45,558 nt of DNA from an uncultured Nitrospiraceae bacterium (lineage in GTDB: Bacteria; Nitrospirota; Nitrospiria; Nitrospirales; Nitrospiraceae). Both the position numbers and the translations under genes were made by a program. Below, piece after piece: positions 1 to 8,489 of this stretch. Location of the stretch: contig CAYJUP010000002.1 in the NCBI GenBank assembly GCA_964373365.1, positions 631 to 46,188 on the forward strand, written 5' to 3'. A model generated the notes under the pieces. The model saw nothing but the letters and a program-made list of their open reading frames with translations. It was not told the origin of the DNA and made no database searches. Position 1 is the stretch's first letter. Each line of letters starts with the position of its first letter.

Positions 1-572
<572 letters not shown>

Positions 573-593
573 TCACTCCTTCGTTAATAAGTT

Positions 594-695
594 AGAGGCA
601 CGAGGCGAGAGGCTATGGGGTTCGGTCATGGTCCATCGCCCCTTGCCGTTAATCCCATTCTTACCTATTGCCTATCGCCCATTGCCTCTTGCCTA
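594..695. repeat. Heptad-phased GGC/GCC inverted-repeat element, copy A (atpG-atpD intercistronic)
   Basis: Top strand has GGC at 597, 604 and 611 (GGG at 618), exactly 7 bp apart. The opposite arm has GCC at 670, 677, 684 and 691 (also 638 and 645). The arms are about 80% complementary over 20 nt. Confidence 0.7.
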
Positions 696-1574
696 TTTTA
701 ATGCCTCGGCTCCACCTACGATGTCCATCAGTTCCTTGGTGATCGCGGCCTGCCGTGTCTTGTTGTAGTAGAGCGTCAGCTTCTTGATCAATTCGCCGGC
801 GTTGCGGGTCGCGCCGTCCATGGCGGCCATCCGCGCGCCCTGCTCCGCGGCGGAGGACTCCAGCAGGATTCGGAACGCCTGGATCTGGAAATGTTTGGGC
901 AGCAAGGCGGCCAGCAACTCGTCTTCGTCCGGCTCATACTCATAGCTGCCGCCCATGAGTTCGCCGCCCCCCTCGGGCTGGCCCATCTCATGGATCGCCT
1001 CGATCGGAAACAGCTTCTCGACGATCACGCGCTGCTGGATCGCCGACTTGAACTCGTTATAGATGACGTAGAGTTCGTCGAAGGTGCCCTTGGTGAACTG
1101 CTCGATGAGATCCTGCCCGACGTCCAGGCCGTGCTCGTAGGTCAGCCGGTCGAACACTCCCAGCCACTGCTGCCGGATCGGCCAGTGACGGCGACGAAAA
1201 TACTCGCGACCTTTCCGGCCGATCAGGCTCACAGTCACCTTGGCCCCGCCCGCTTCGATCTCCCGGATGAAGTCCATCGCCTTGCGCACGATGTTGGCGT
1301 TGAACGCGCCGCACAAGCCGCGGTCGGTGGTCACGACCACGACTTCGATCAGCCGCCCGGCTCGCTTCTGCAGCAGCGGATGGGCCGCTCGGTTCACCCG
1401 GCGGCTGAGGTTGGCCAAGATTCCGCGCATCTTGTGCGCGTACGGCCTCGCCGAGAGGATGCGGTCCTGCGCGCGCTTGAGCTTGGCCGCAGCCACCATC
1501 TTCATGGCCTTGGTGATCTTTTGGGTGTTCTTGACGGCGCCGATTTTCCGCCGCAAGTGTTGGAGGCTGGGCAT
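693..1574 (-). CDS. atpG: ATP synthase subunit gamma
   Basis: 293-aa ORF. It has the conserved gamma termini (N-term LRRKIGAVKNTQKITKAMKMVAAAKL, C-term ITKELMDIVGGAEAL) and sits between atpA and atpD. Confidence 0.95.
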   Translation of the reverse strand: MPSLQHLRRKIGAVKNTQKITKAMKMVAAAKLKRAQDRILSARPYAHKMRGILANLSRRVNRAAHPLLQKRAGRLIEVVVVTTDRGLCGAFNANIVRKAMDFIREIEAGGAKVTVSLIGRKGREYFRRRHWPIRQQWLGVFDRLTYEHGLDVGQDLIEQFTKGTFDELYVIYNEFKSAIQQRVIVEKLFPIEAIHEMGQPEGGGELMGGSYEYEPDEDELLAALLPKHFQIQAFRILLESSAAEQGARMAAMDGATRNAGELIKKLTLYYNKTRQAAITKELMDIVGGAEALK

Positions 1575-1595
1575 GGCTTTCGGTAGGGGAGCAGA

Positions 1596-3116
1596 TTACG
1601 GCTTCGCTCCGTATCCCATCTTCTGTTTGAACGTGGTGATGATCTGTTTGAGCTGGGCCCCGAACGCCTCGTCGATCTTGTTCTTCGTCGCGAGGTCCTT
1701 CTTGATCTGCGGATGATACTCGGTCACGTGCCGATGCAGATCCTCTTCGAACTGCCGGATCCTGTCGGGCGGGACGTCATCCACGAACCCGTTCACGCCG
1801 GCATAGATGGACAGCACCTGATCGGCGACCGCCATCGGCTTGTATTGGCCCTGCTTGAGCAGCTCCACCATGCGGACGCCGCGCGCCAGTTGAGCCTGCG
1901 TCGCCTTGTCGAGCTCGCTGCCGAACTGCGCGAACACGGCCATCTCGCGGTATTGCGCCAGGTCCAGCCTGAGCGTGCCGGCCACCTGCTTCATGGTCTT
2001 GATCTGCGCCGCTCCTCCGACCCGTGACACTGAGAGCCCGACGTTGATGGCCGGGCGGATGCCGGAGTAGAACAAATCGCTGGCGAGGTAGATCTGCCCG
2101 TCCGTGATCGAGATCACGTTGGTCGGAATATAGGCCGAGACGTCGCCGGCCTGCGTCTCGATGATCGGGAGCGCGGTGAGGCTACCGCCGCCCCGTTGCT
2201 CGCTGAGCTTCGCGGCCCGCTCCAACAGGCGGGAGTGCAGGTAGAACACGTCGCCTGGATACGCTTCTCGGCCCGGCGGCCGGCGCAGCAGCAGCGAGAG
2301 CTGACGGTACGCGGTGGCGTGCTTGGAGAGGTCATCGTAGATGATGAGCGCGTGCTTCCCGTTGTCTCGAAAGAACTCGCCCATGGTCGCGCCGGCGTAC
2401 GGAGCGAGGTACTGCAAGGACGCGGCGACACTGGCTGTGGCCGACACCACGGTGCTGTAAGCCATCGCACCGTGGTCTTCCAGCGTCTTGACCACCCGCG
2501 CCACCGTGGAACGTTTCTGGCCGATCGCGACGTAAATGCAGAAGACGTTCTGCCCCTTCTGGTTGATGATCGTATCCACCGCAATCGCAGTCTTGCCGGT
2601 CTGTCGATCGCCGATGATCAATTCCCGCTGGCCTCGGCCGATCGGGATCATCGCGTCAATGGCTTTGATGCCGGTCTGCAGCGGTTCGCGCACGGACTGG
2701 CGGTCGACCACGCCGGGCGCGCGGACCTCAATGCGGCGGTTCTCGGACGTCTTGATGGGGCCTTTCCCGTCCAGGGGAAGCCCGATCGCGTTGACGACGC
2801 GCCCGATGATCGCGTCCCCGACCGGAACCTCGGCGATCCGTCCGGTGCGCTTGACCGGATCGCCTTCCTTGATGCCGGTGTCGTCGCCCATCAGCACCGC
2901 TCCGACGTTGTCCTCTTCCAGATTGAGGGTGATGCCGTACAGGTTGCCGGGAAACTCCAGCATTTCCCCCGCCATTGCCCCGTCCAGTCCGTAAATCTTG
3001 GCGATGCCGTCACCGACCTGGATTACAGAGCCCAACTCGTTGACGTCGACCTGTTTGTCGAACCCTTTGATCTTTTCTTTAATGATGGCGCTGATCTCTT
3101 CGGCCTTGAGCTGCAT
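1596..3116 (-). CDS. atpA: ATP synthase subunit alpha
   Basis: 506-aa ORF with Walker A GDRQTGKT and typical alpha-subunit blocks ([29 protein letters not shown]). Confidence 0.97.
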   Translation of the reverse strand: MQLKAEEISAIIKEKIKGFDKQVDVNELGSVIQVGDGIAKIYGLDGAMAGEMLEFPGNLYGITLNLEEDNVGAVLMGDDTGIKEGDPVKRTGRIAEVPVGDAIIGRVVNAIGLPLDGKGPIKTSENRRIEVRAPGVVDRQSVREPLQTGIKAIDAMIPIGRGQRELIIGDRQTGKTAIAVDTIINQKGQNVFCIYVAIGQKRSTVARVVKTLEDHGAMAYSTVVSATASVAASLQYLAPYAGATMGEFFRDNGKHALIIYDDLSKHATAYRQLSLLLRRPPGREAYPGDVFYLHSRLLERAAKLSEQRGGGSLTALPIIETQAGDVSAYIPTNVISITDGQIYLASDLFYSGIRPAINVGLSVSRVGGAAQIKTMKQVAGTLRLDLAQYREMAVFAQFGSELDKATQAQLARGVRMVELLKQGQYKPMAVADQVLSIYAGVNGFVDDVPPDRIRQFEEDLHRHVTEYHPQIKKDLATKNKIDEAFGAQLKQIITTFKQKMGYGAKP

Positions 3117-3119
3117 TCG

Positions 3120-3659
3120 CTACTCCTTGGTCAGAACTCCCTGCATCGCGGTAAGCCGGCCCCGGACCGTGCTGTCGAAGACCGTGCTGCCGATCCGAAT
3201 CTGCAGGCCGGAGAGAAGCTCCGGCTTCGTGTGGAAGGTCAGATCCACATCGTGCCGGAGGAGGTCACGCAAGCGGCTGCGGAGTCTGGTTTGTTCGGCG
3301 GAGCTGAGCGCCGTGGCCGAAGTGACCGCCACTTGGCGTGTGCCTTTTGCTTCATCCACGAGCGCGGCAAATGCGTCCGTGATCTCGGGGAGGAACGCCA
3401 CCCGGTTCTTCTTCACGAGCTGTGCAAGAAAGCGGTTGATGATCGGCGGGCACTTGAGCCGCTGGCTGAGGGCCGAGAGGACCGCCAGCTTTTCTTCCAG
3501 GCCGAAGGCCGGTGAGGCCAAAACGTGTTTAAGTGACCCCGAAGCCGAGAGCGCATGCGCCAAGCCGGCCAACCCGGCACGGGTCGGCTCGATGCTCGGA
3601 GCATCCAGGAGTTCAAACAGGGCCTTGGCGTAACGGCGCGCGACAGAAGCCTTGATCAC
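3120..3659 (-). CDS. atpH: ATP synthase subunit delta (OSCP)
   Basis: 179-aa ORF with a GTG start. The N-terminus VARRYAKALFEL is typical of delta. There is a 3-nt gap to atpA. Confidence 0.9.
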   Translation of the reverse strand: MIKASVARRYAKALFELLDAPSIEPTRAGLAGLAHALSASGSLKHVLASPAFGLEEKLAVLSALSQRLKCPPIINRFLAQLVKKNRVAFLPEITDAFAALVDEAKGTRQVAVTSATALSSAEQTRLRSRLRDLLRHDVDLTFHTKPELLSGLQIRIGSTVFDSTVRGRLTAMQGVLTKE

Positions 3660-3737
3660 AATTGATACCGACGAAGCCGGCGAAACCGGTGATAAACAGG
3701 GAAAATTCTCGTGCAGGCGGGCACGACAAAGCGGGCC

Positions 3738-3767
3738 AGACTAGCACTCGGTGGCGGGGCGTGTCAA
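3738..3767 (-). promoter_or_regulatory. Candidate sigma70-type promoter for atpHAGD
   Basis: Minus strand reads TTGACA (3767-3762), an 18-nt spacer, then TAGTCT (3743-3738), ~75 nt upstream of the atpH start. Confidence 0.35.
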
Positions 3768-3788
3768 GTAAGGAAGGCGGGGCAAATC

Positions 3789-4895
3789 CTATTGAATGAT
3801 CCCGCCCCCTAGCACCCGATCGCCGTCGTAAAAGACGGCGGACTGACCCGGAGACAGAGCTCGCTGAGGGATGTGGAACTGGACGGTGAGGGTCCCGTCC
3901 CGGGTGGGTTCGAGCGTCGCGGGTGCGGCCGGCGTGGCGTAGCGGACCTTGACGTCGGCCTGACTCGGCCCCGCGACGATGGACTCGTCAAACAGGTTCA
4001 GATCTGCGACCCTGCACTCCGACCCGAACAGACGGTCTTCAGGCCCAAGCACGACGGTCTGCGTCTCCGGGACGACGCGCTGGACATACAGGCGCTGCCC
4101 GGTGGCGATGCCCAGCCCTCGGCGCTGCCCGGGCGTGTAGTAGGCGATCCCTTCGTGCTGCCCCAGGACGTTGCCGTTCGTGTCGGTGAACAAACCGGGC
4201 CGTCTGGACTCGGGCGCCTCGGATTCGATGAACGTTCGGTAGTTTCCCTGACTCACGAAGCAAATTTCTTGGCTCTCTTTCAACTCGTCAGCCGGCAACC
4301 CCAGCGACTCAGCGCGCGCCCACACCTCCGGCTTCTGCATGGTCCCGACCGGGAAAAGAATCCGGGAAAGCCAGAACGGATCGATCCGGTACAGAAAATA
4401 GCTTTGATCCTTGCGGAGGTCGTGGGCGCGCCGGAGACTGTGTTCGTTGCCACTTTGAACGATCCTGGCATAGTGCCCCGTCGCCACGACATCGGCGCCT
4501 CTCTCTTCGGCGATTCGGTACAACGAGCGGATCTTCACACGCTCGTTGCACCGCACGCAAGGGTTCGGCGTCGTGCCGGCCAGGTACCCGGACAGGAAAT
4601 CGTCGATGACCCCCGTCCGGAAGATCTCCCGCGTGTCGATCACCTCGTGCGCGATCCCGAGCCGCTTGGCCACGTACTTCGCAATGCCGACCTTGCAACA
4701 GCCCCGTTCCTGCCAGCGCTTTGAGGCGGCGACCGATTCGTCCTCGTGCTCCCAGACTTGGAGCGTGATGCCCTGGACGTCGAAGCCCTGTTCAACAAGG
4801 AGGGCGGCGGCCACAGAACTGTCCACTCCGCCGCTCATTCCGAGGATGACTCGGGGCCGTGTCATGGCTGGAGTCTTCTCATCATGGCTGAACAT
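3789..4895 (-). CDS. mnmA: tRNA 2-thiouridine(34) synthase (tRNA-specific 2-thiouridylase)
   Basis: 368-aa ORF with PP-loop ILGMSGGVDSSVAA and conserved NPCVRCN and DQSYFL blocks. An alternative ATG at 4865 (MTRPRVILGMSGG) would remove the 14-nt overlap with the upstream bactofilin. Confidence 0.93.
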   Translation of the reverse strand: MFSHDEKTPAMTRPRVILGMSGGVDSSVAAALLVEQGFDVQGITLQVWEHEDESVAASKRWQERGCCKVGIAKYVAKRLGIAHEVIDTREIFRTGVIDDFLSGYLAGTTPNPCVRCNERVKIRSLYRIAEERGADVVATGHYARIVQSGNEHSLRRAHDLRKDQSYFLYRIDPFWLSRILFPVGTMQKPEVWARAESLGLPADELKESQEICFVSQGNYRTFIESEAPESRRPGLFTDTNGNVLGQHEGIAYYTPGQRRGLGIATGQRLYVQRVVPETQTVVLGPEDRLFGSECRVADLNLFDESIVAGPSQADVKVRYATPAAPATLEPTRDGTLTVQFHIPQRALSPGQSAVFYDGDRVLGGGIIQ

Positions 4896-5337
4896 CCCGG
4901 GCTTGAACCTTGTCCCTGTGGGCGGCTAGGTCATGCACGTTCTCAAGGTTTGCTGAGCTCAGTTCTTCTTCTACTCCCTTGGGTCCACCCATGTCGCACA
5001 TCCCCTGAAAGTGAGCGCCTTCTTCCATCGAAAACGAGGGCGCATGGACTTCGCCGGTCAGGACGCCGGATTTCAGGAGTTGCACCTTTTCCATCGCGGT
5101 GATGGTGCCGGTGATCTTTCCACCGCTGATCAGGGTCCCCGCTGTGATGATGCCCTTGAGGACCGCGTGTTCTCCAATAACGAGGGTGCCCTTGGCGTGA
5201 ATCTCACCTTCGAGGCGACCATCGATCCGGACGGTGCCATCGAAGCTGACCACGCCCTTGAAATCCACGCCTCTCCCGAGGAACGTGAAGTTCTCCTCGT
5301 CGCCCGTGCCATTTTTCTTATTACCGTTGCCCCACAT
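4882..5337 (-). CDS. Bactofilin (polymer-forming cytoskeletal protein)
   Basis: 151 aa. It has the beta-helical bactofilin core (FLGRGVDFKGVVSFDGTVRIDGRLEGEIHAKGTLVIGEHAVLKGIITAGTLISGGKITGTI) and a GGAGGAGG SD. Confidence 0.88.
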   Translation of the reverse strand: MWGNGNKKNGTGDEENFTFLGRGVDFKGVVSFDGTVRIDGRLEGEIHAKGTLVIGEHAVLKGIITAGTLISGGKITGTITAMEKVQLLKSGVLTGEVHAPSFSMEEGAHFQGMCDMGGPKGVEEELSSANLENVHDLAAHRDKVQARDVQP

Positions 5338-5372
5338 GTGTTCCTCCTCCGGCTCGGGTCCCCTGAGGCACT

Positions 5373-5864
5373 CTAGCCCGAGACGCGCTTGATGTTGCTG
5401 ATCGGCGAACTGACATTGTGTCTGACCGTATCGCGGGGGAGTTCGCGAACGTCAGCGCGAGCCATCTCACAACTGCCGTTGAAGAGGACTCCCTCTTCCA
5501 TGGACAGCGTGGGCGTTTTCACCGATCCGTTGAATACCGCCGAGAACAACAGCCTGACCTTTTCTCTGGCGATGATGTCCCCGGTGATTTTCCCCTTGCT
5601 GATGATGGTTCCAGCACTGACCTTGGCGGTGATGACGGCATCCTCGCCGACCACTAAGATTCCCTCTGTATGGATTTCGCCATCCAGCTGGCCATCAATG
5701 CGGACTGTCCCGCTATAGGTAATGTTGCCTTTGAACTCGACACCTTTCCCCAGAAAAGCGATAACATCAGCTCCGTTCTCGGCGTCCTGGGTGTTTTCTT
5801 CGGTCCCATCCTGGTCCTTGGCGCCAGCACTCCTATTATTATCTAGCTTGTCTTTTTTCCACAT
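5373..5864 (-). CDS. Bactofilin paralogue
   Basis: 163 aa. It has the same core repeat pattern (FLGKGVEFKGNITYSGTVRIDGQLDGEIHTEGILVVGEDAVITAKV...GKITGDI) and an AGGAGGAGG SD. Confidence 0.88.
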   Translation of the reverse strand: MWKKDKLDNNRSAGAKDQDGTEENTQDAENGADVIAFLGKGVEFKGNITYSGTVRIDGQLDGEIHTEGILVVGEDAVITAKVSAGTIISKGKITGDIIAREKVRLLFSAVFNGSVKTPTLSMEEGVLFNGSCEMARADVRELPRDTVRHNVSSPISNIKRVSG

Positions 5865-5948
5865 GATTGAGCCTCCTCCTGCTAGGCAGTGCGTATTGTA
5901 GGAATCTTCAAAACCATAGAGAATTCTAATTTAAGCCAGGACTTACGA

Positions 5949-5977
5949 AGGATAAAGGGTTTATGGATGTAATGCAA
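5949..5977 (-). promoter_or_regulatory. Candidate promoter for the bactofilin pair
   Basis: Minus strand reads TTGCAT (5977-5972), a 17-nt spacer, then TATCCT (5954-5949). It lies in the only AT-rich gap of this block, ~85 nt upstream of the ATG at 5864. Confidence 0.25.
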
Positions 5978-6018
5978 GAAAATCAGCCTATTGCGGGGAT
6001 GGATCTCTCGCGGGAACT

Positions 6019-6867
6019 TTACCCCAACAACGCCTCCAGCAAGCGATCGAGTTCAGCGGACGTGAAGTAGTGTATCACAATCTTGCCGCCTCTCCGGCTC
6101 TTTGCAATGGTGACCCGTGTTCCCAGGCGCTTTTGAAGCCGATCTTCGAGGTCCGGGTAGGGTTTTTGCTGACGTGCCCCTCGCTTGGCTTTGATAAACC
6201 TTGATTCGCCGGCCGCCACTTTCTCGGCCTGGCGAACCGAAAGCTGACCCTCGATAATTCTGCGAGCCAGATTGATCTGTGCCTCCGGCCGAGTAAGCCC
6301 CAGAATCACCTTCGCATGACCTGTCGTGATCGCGCCAGATTCTACTAACACATGGATTTCATTAGGTAAATTGACAAGTCTTGCTATGTTCGCAATGGAT
6401 GAGCGGTCCTTCCCAAGTCGTTGGGCCACGGCGTCCTGGGTGAAGCCGAATTCGTTAATCAGTCGGTGGTACGCTCGCGCCGCTTCCATAGGGTTGAGGT
6501 CCTTGCGTTGAAGGTTTTCCACCAAGGCCAGCTCCATGGTCTGTTCATCACTGGAGTTCCGTATAATGGCGGGTATGCTGTGCAGCCCGGCCAGTTTTAC
6601 TGCTCGCAGGCGTCGCTCTCCCGCGATGACTTCAAAGAAGCCGTCTCCCTTTCGGCGAACCAGAATTGGTTGGAGCAGGCCGTTCTGTTTGACCGATTCG
6701 GCCAATTGCGCCAGCTCTGATTCCGCGAACTCGCGCCGAGGTTGGTAGCGGTTTGGAATAATCTGCTCGAGGGGAAGTTCGTGCATCTCTCCGGCGGCGG
6801 AGATGTTCTGCGGCTTCCTCTCCGGCAGCAAAGCTTCCAGCCCTTTACCGAGCGCTTTTTTCTCCAT
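6019..6867 (-). CDS. parB: Chromosome partitioning protein ParB
   Basis: The ORF track gives 6019..6924. I place the start at ATG 6867 (MEKKALGKGLEALLP, the canonical ParB N-terminus) behind an AAGGAGA SD. It carries the ParB box GERRLRA and an HTH region. Confidence 0.92.
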   Translation of the reverse strand: MEKKALGKGLEALLPERKPQNISAAGEMHELPLEQIIPNRYQPRREFAESELAQLAESVKQNGLLQPILVRRKGDGFFEVIAGERRLRAVKLAGLHSIPAIIRNSSDEQTMELALVENLQRKDLNPMEAARAYHRLINEFGFTQDAVAQRLGKDRSSIANIARLVNLPNEIHVLVESGAITTGHAKVILGLTRPEAQINLARRIIEGQLSVRQAEKVAAGESRFIKAKRGARQQKPYPDLEDRLQKRLGTRVTIAKSRRGGKIVIHYFTSAELDRLLEALLG

Positions 6868-7624
6868 GGTTGAGAATCTCCTTTGACAATTCAAGGTAGG
6901 CCTGCGATCCGGCCGAGGCGGCATTGTAGAGCATCACGGGGCGTCCGTAGCTTGGCGCTTCAGCGAGCGTGACGTTTCGAGGAATGATGCTCCGATACAC
7001 TTTGGCTTTAAAATGGCCTCTGATTTCCTCCGCGACCTGGCGGGATAAACTATTCCGTGAGTCATACATGGTGAGCAGGATGCCTTCAAGATCCAGAGCC
7101 GGATTGAACGCTTCCTGAACTCGTCGTACGTTGGTCATCAGGCGACCCAGACCCTCCATCGCATAGTATTCACATTGCACAGGCACCAGGACAGAGGAGG
7201 CTGCGACCAGCGCGTTGATTGTCAGAAGGCCGAGTGCGGGGGGGCAATCCAAGATGAGATAGTTATAGTGATGTTGGATTTCCTCCAAGATAGTCTTCAG
7301 TACCATTTCACGCCCTGGAACGGTGACGAGTTCGACCTCGGCTCCGGCAAGGTCGAAATTGGATGGCATGATGGAAAGCCGTGGGACTGCACTGGCTTGA
7401 ACTACATCCTTGGCTTTTGCACCTCTCGTCAGGCAGTCGTATACGGTCTGAGTCAAGCGCCGTGGATCAATACCCAGCCCGCTTGTCGCATTGGCCTGGG
7501 GGTCTACATCTACCAACAGCACAGAGCGGTCAGCCATTGCGAGCGAAGCCGATAAATTCACCGAAGTGGTTGTTTTTCCTACACCACCTTTCTGGTTAGC
7601 TACGGCAATAATTCTGGCCACCAT
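6845..7624 (-). CDS. parA: Chromosome partitioning ATPase ParA/Soj
   Basis: The ORF track gives 6845..7663 (GTG). The likely start is ATG 7624 (MVARIIAVANQKGGVGKTTT, deviant Walker A). It overlaps the parB start by 23 nt. Confidence 0.93.
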   Translation of the reverse strand: MVARIIAVANQKGGVGKTTTSVNLSASLAMADRSVLLVDVDPQANATSGLGIDPRRLTQTVYDCLTRGAKAKDVVQASAVPRLSIMPSNFDLAGAEVELVTVPGREMVLKTILEEIQHHYNYLILDCPPALGLLTINALVAASSVLVPVQCEYYAMEGLGRLMTNVRRVQEAFNPALDLEGILLTMYDSRNSLSRQVAEEIRGHFKAKVYRSIIPRNVTLAEAPSYGRPVMLYNAASAGSQAYLELSKEILNHGEKSAR

Positions 7625-7663
7625 CAACCTTTCTACTAGAACGTCAATGCAGGAAAGTCGCAC

Positions 7664-7679
7664 TGTTCCACGTGGAACA
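7664..7679. promoter_or_regulatory. parS centromere-like site 1
   Basis: TGTTCCACGTGGAACA is a perfect 16-bp palindrome (18 bp with the flanking C/G). It matches the parS consensus TGTTNCACGTGAAACA except for one symmetric change. It lies between the rsmG stop (7690) and parA. Confidence 0.8.
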
Positions 7680-7689
7680 GTCAGTCTTC

Positions 7690-8355
7690 TCAGAGCGAGG
7701 TGGCCTGTTCTAGGACCGTCAGCACTCTTTTCCCGTACCCATACGGCAAATCATACGTGAGCTCTTTCGTTTTTCTCAAACCGCACAGATCCATTCGATC
7801 ATCGAGCGGTTTTGCCCGACAGAGAATCAGCCTGCCCCGTTTTCCTAGGATGGGCTGTATAAACGGGAGGACCTGGACGATGCCGAGCGCCCGAGTCACC
7901 ACATACGCAAAGCGGCCTTGGTGTTGAGGCTCTCTGCAGACGTCCTGGATTCTCTTTGAGATGACAACCGTCTGCCTCACATGAAGGGTGCCAATCAGAT
8001 GGCGAAGAAAGGCGGTCTTTTTGAGACTGGGTTCGAGGAGAGTCAGATCCAATTCGGGGTGCAATATCTTCAATGGAAGACCGGGAAATCCGGCGCCGGT
8101 CCCGATGTCAAGTAATGAGTGGTCGTATATCGGGACCAGGGCTTTGCTGCAGGCGAGGGAATCAAGAAAATGTTTGACGGCAACCTCCTTGTCCTGTCTG
8201 ATCGCGGTCAAATTGATTTTTTCATTCCATCTATTCAATTCTCTACCGTAAACAAATAGTTCTGTTACCTGACGATCAGTGAGCGTGACCCCGAGCTCTG
8301 ACGCGCCTGCAGTTAATAATTCGGTCCACCGTCTGGCCCGTTCCACGTGGAACAT
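7690..8355 (-). CDS. rsmG: 16S rRNA (guanine527-N7)-methyltransferase
   Basis: 221 aa with SAM motif LLDIGTGAGFPGLPLKI and the typical GidB N-terminal block (WNEKINLTAI). It sits in the mnmG-rsmG-parAB order. Confidence 0.92.
   Translation of the reverse strand: MFHVERARRWTELLTAGASELGVTLTDRQVTELFVYGRELNRWNEKINLTAIRQDKEVAVKHFLDSLACSKALVPIYDHSLLDIGTGAGFPGLPLKILHPELDLTLLEPSLKKTAFLRHLIGTLHVRQTVVISKRIQDVCREPQHQGRFAYVVTRALGIVQVLPFIQPILGKRGRLILCRAKPLDDRMDLCGLRKTKELTYDLPYGYGKRVLTVLEQATSL
8339..8354. promoter_or_regulatory. parS centromere-like site 2 (overlaps rsmG codons 1-6)
   Basis: Minus strand reads A-TGTTCCACGTGGAACG, 15/16 identical to site 1. The site itself encodes M-F-H-V-E-R of RsmG. Confidence 0.7.
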
Positions 8356-8489
8356 TTACGACAAACGGCTAGCGGCGTCAAGCGTTATTTGAGTGATGAA
8401 TGGTACTGGGGATAGCTATGCGTACGAGCAATGAGTCCGGTCCCGCCTCACTGCTCTCATGTCACGTATGCGGCGAGCGGTCGCGAATG

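Noticed and set aside
594-695. Heptad arrays considered as a CRISPR array or a mini-CRISPR
   Set aside because: The units are 7 bp with no spacers of 25-40 bp, the arrays are only 20-40 bp long, and no cas genes are present.
2196-3515. 439-aa ORF on the plus strand, antisense to atpA/atpH
   Set aside because: It is a shadow ORF of a high-GC coding region. It is Arg/Ala/Gly/Asp-rich, has no motifs, and lies entirely within two strongly supported genes.
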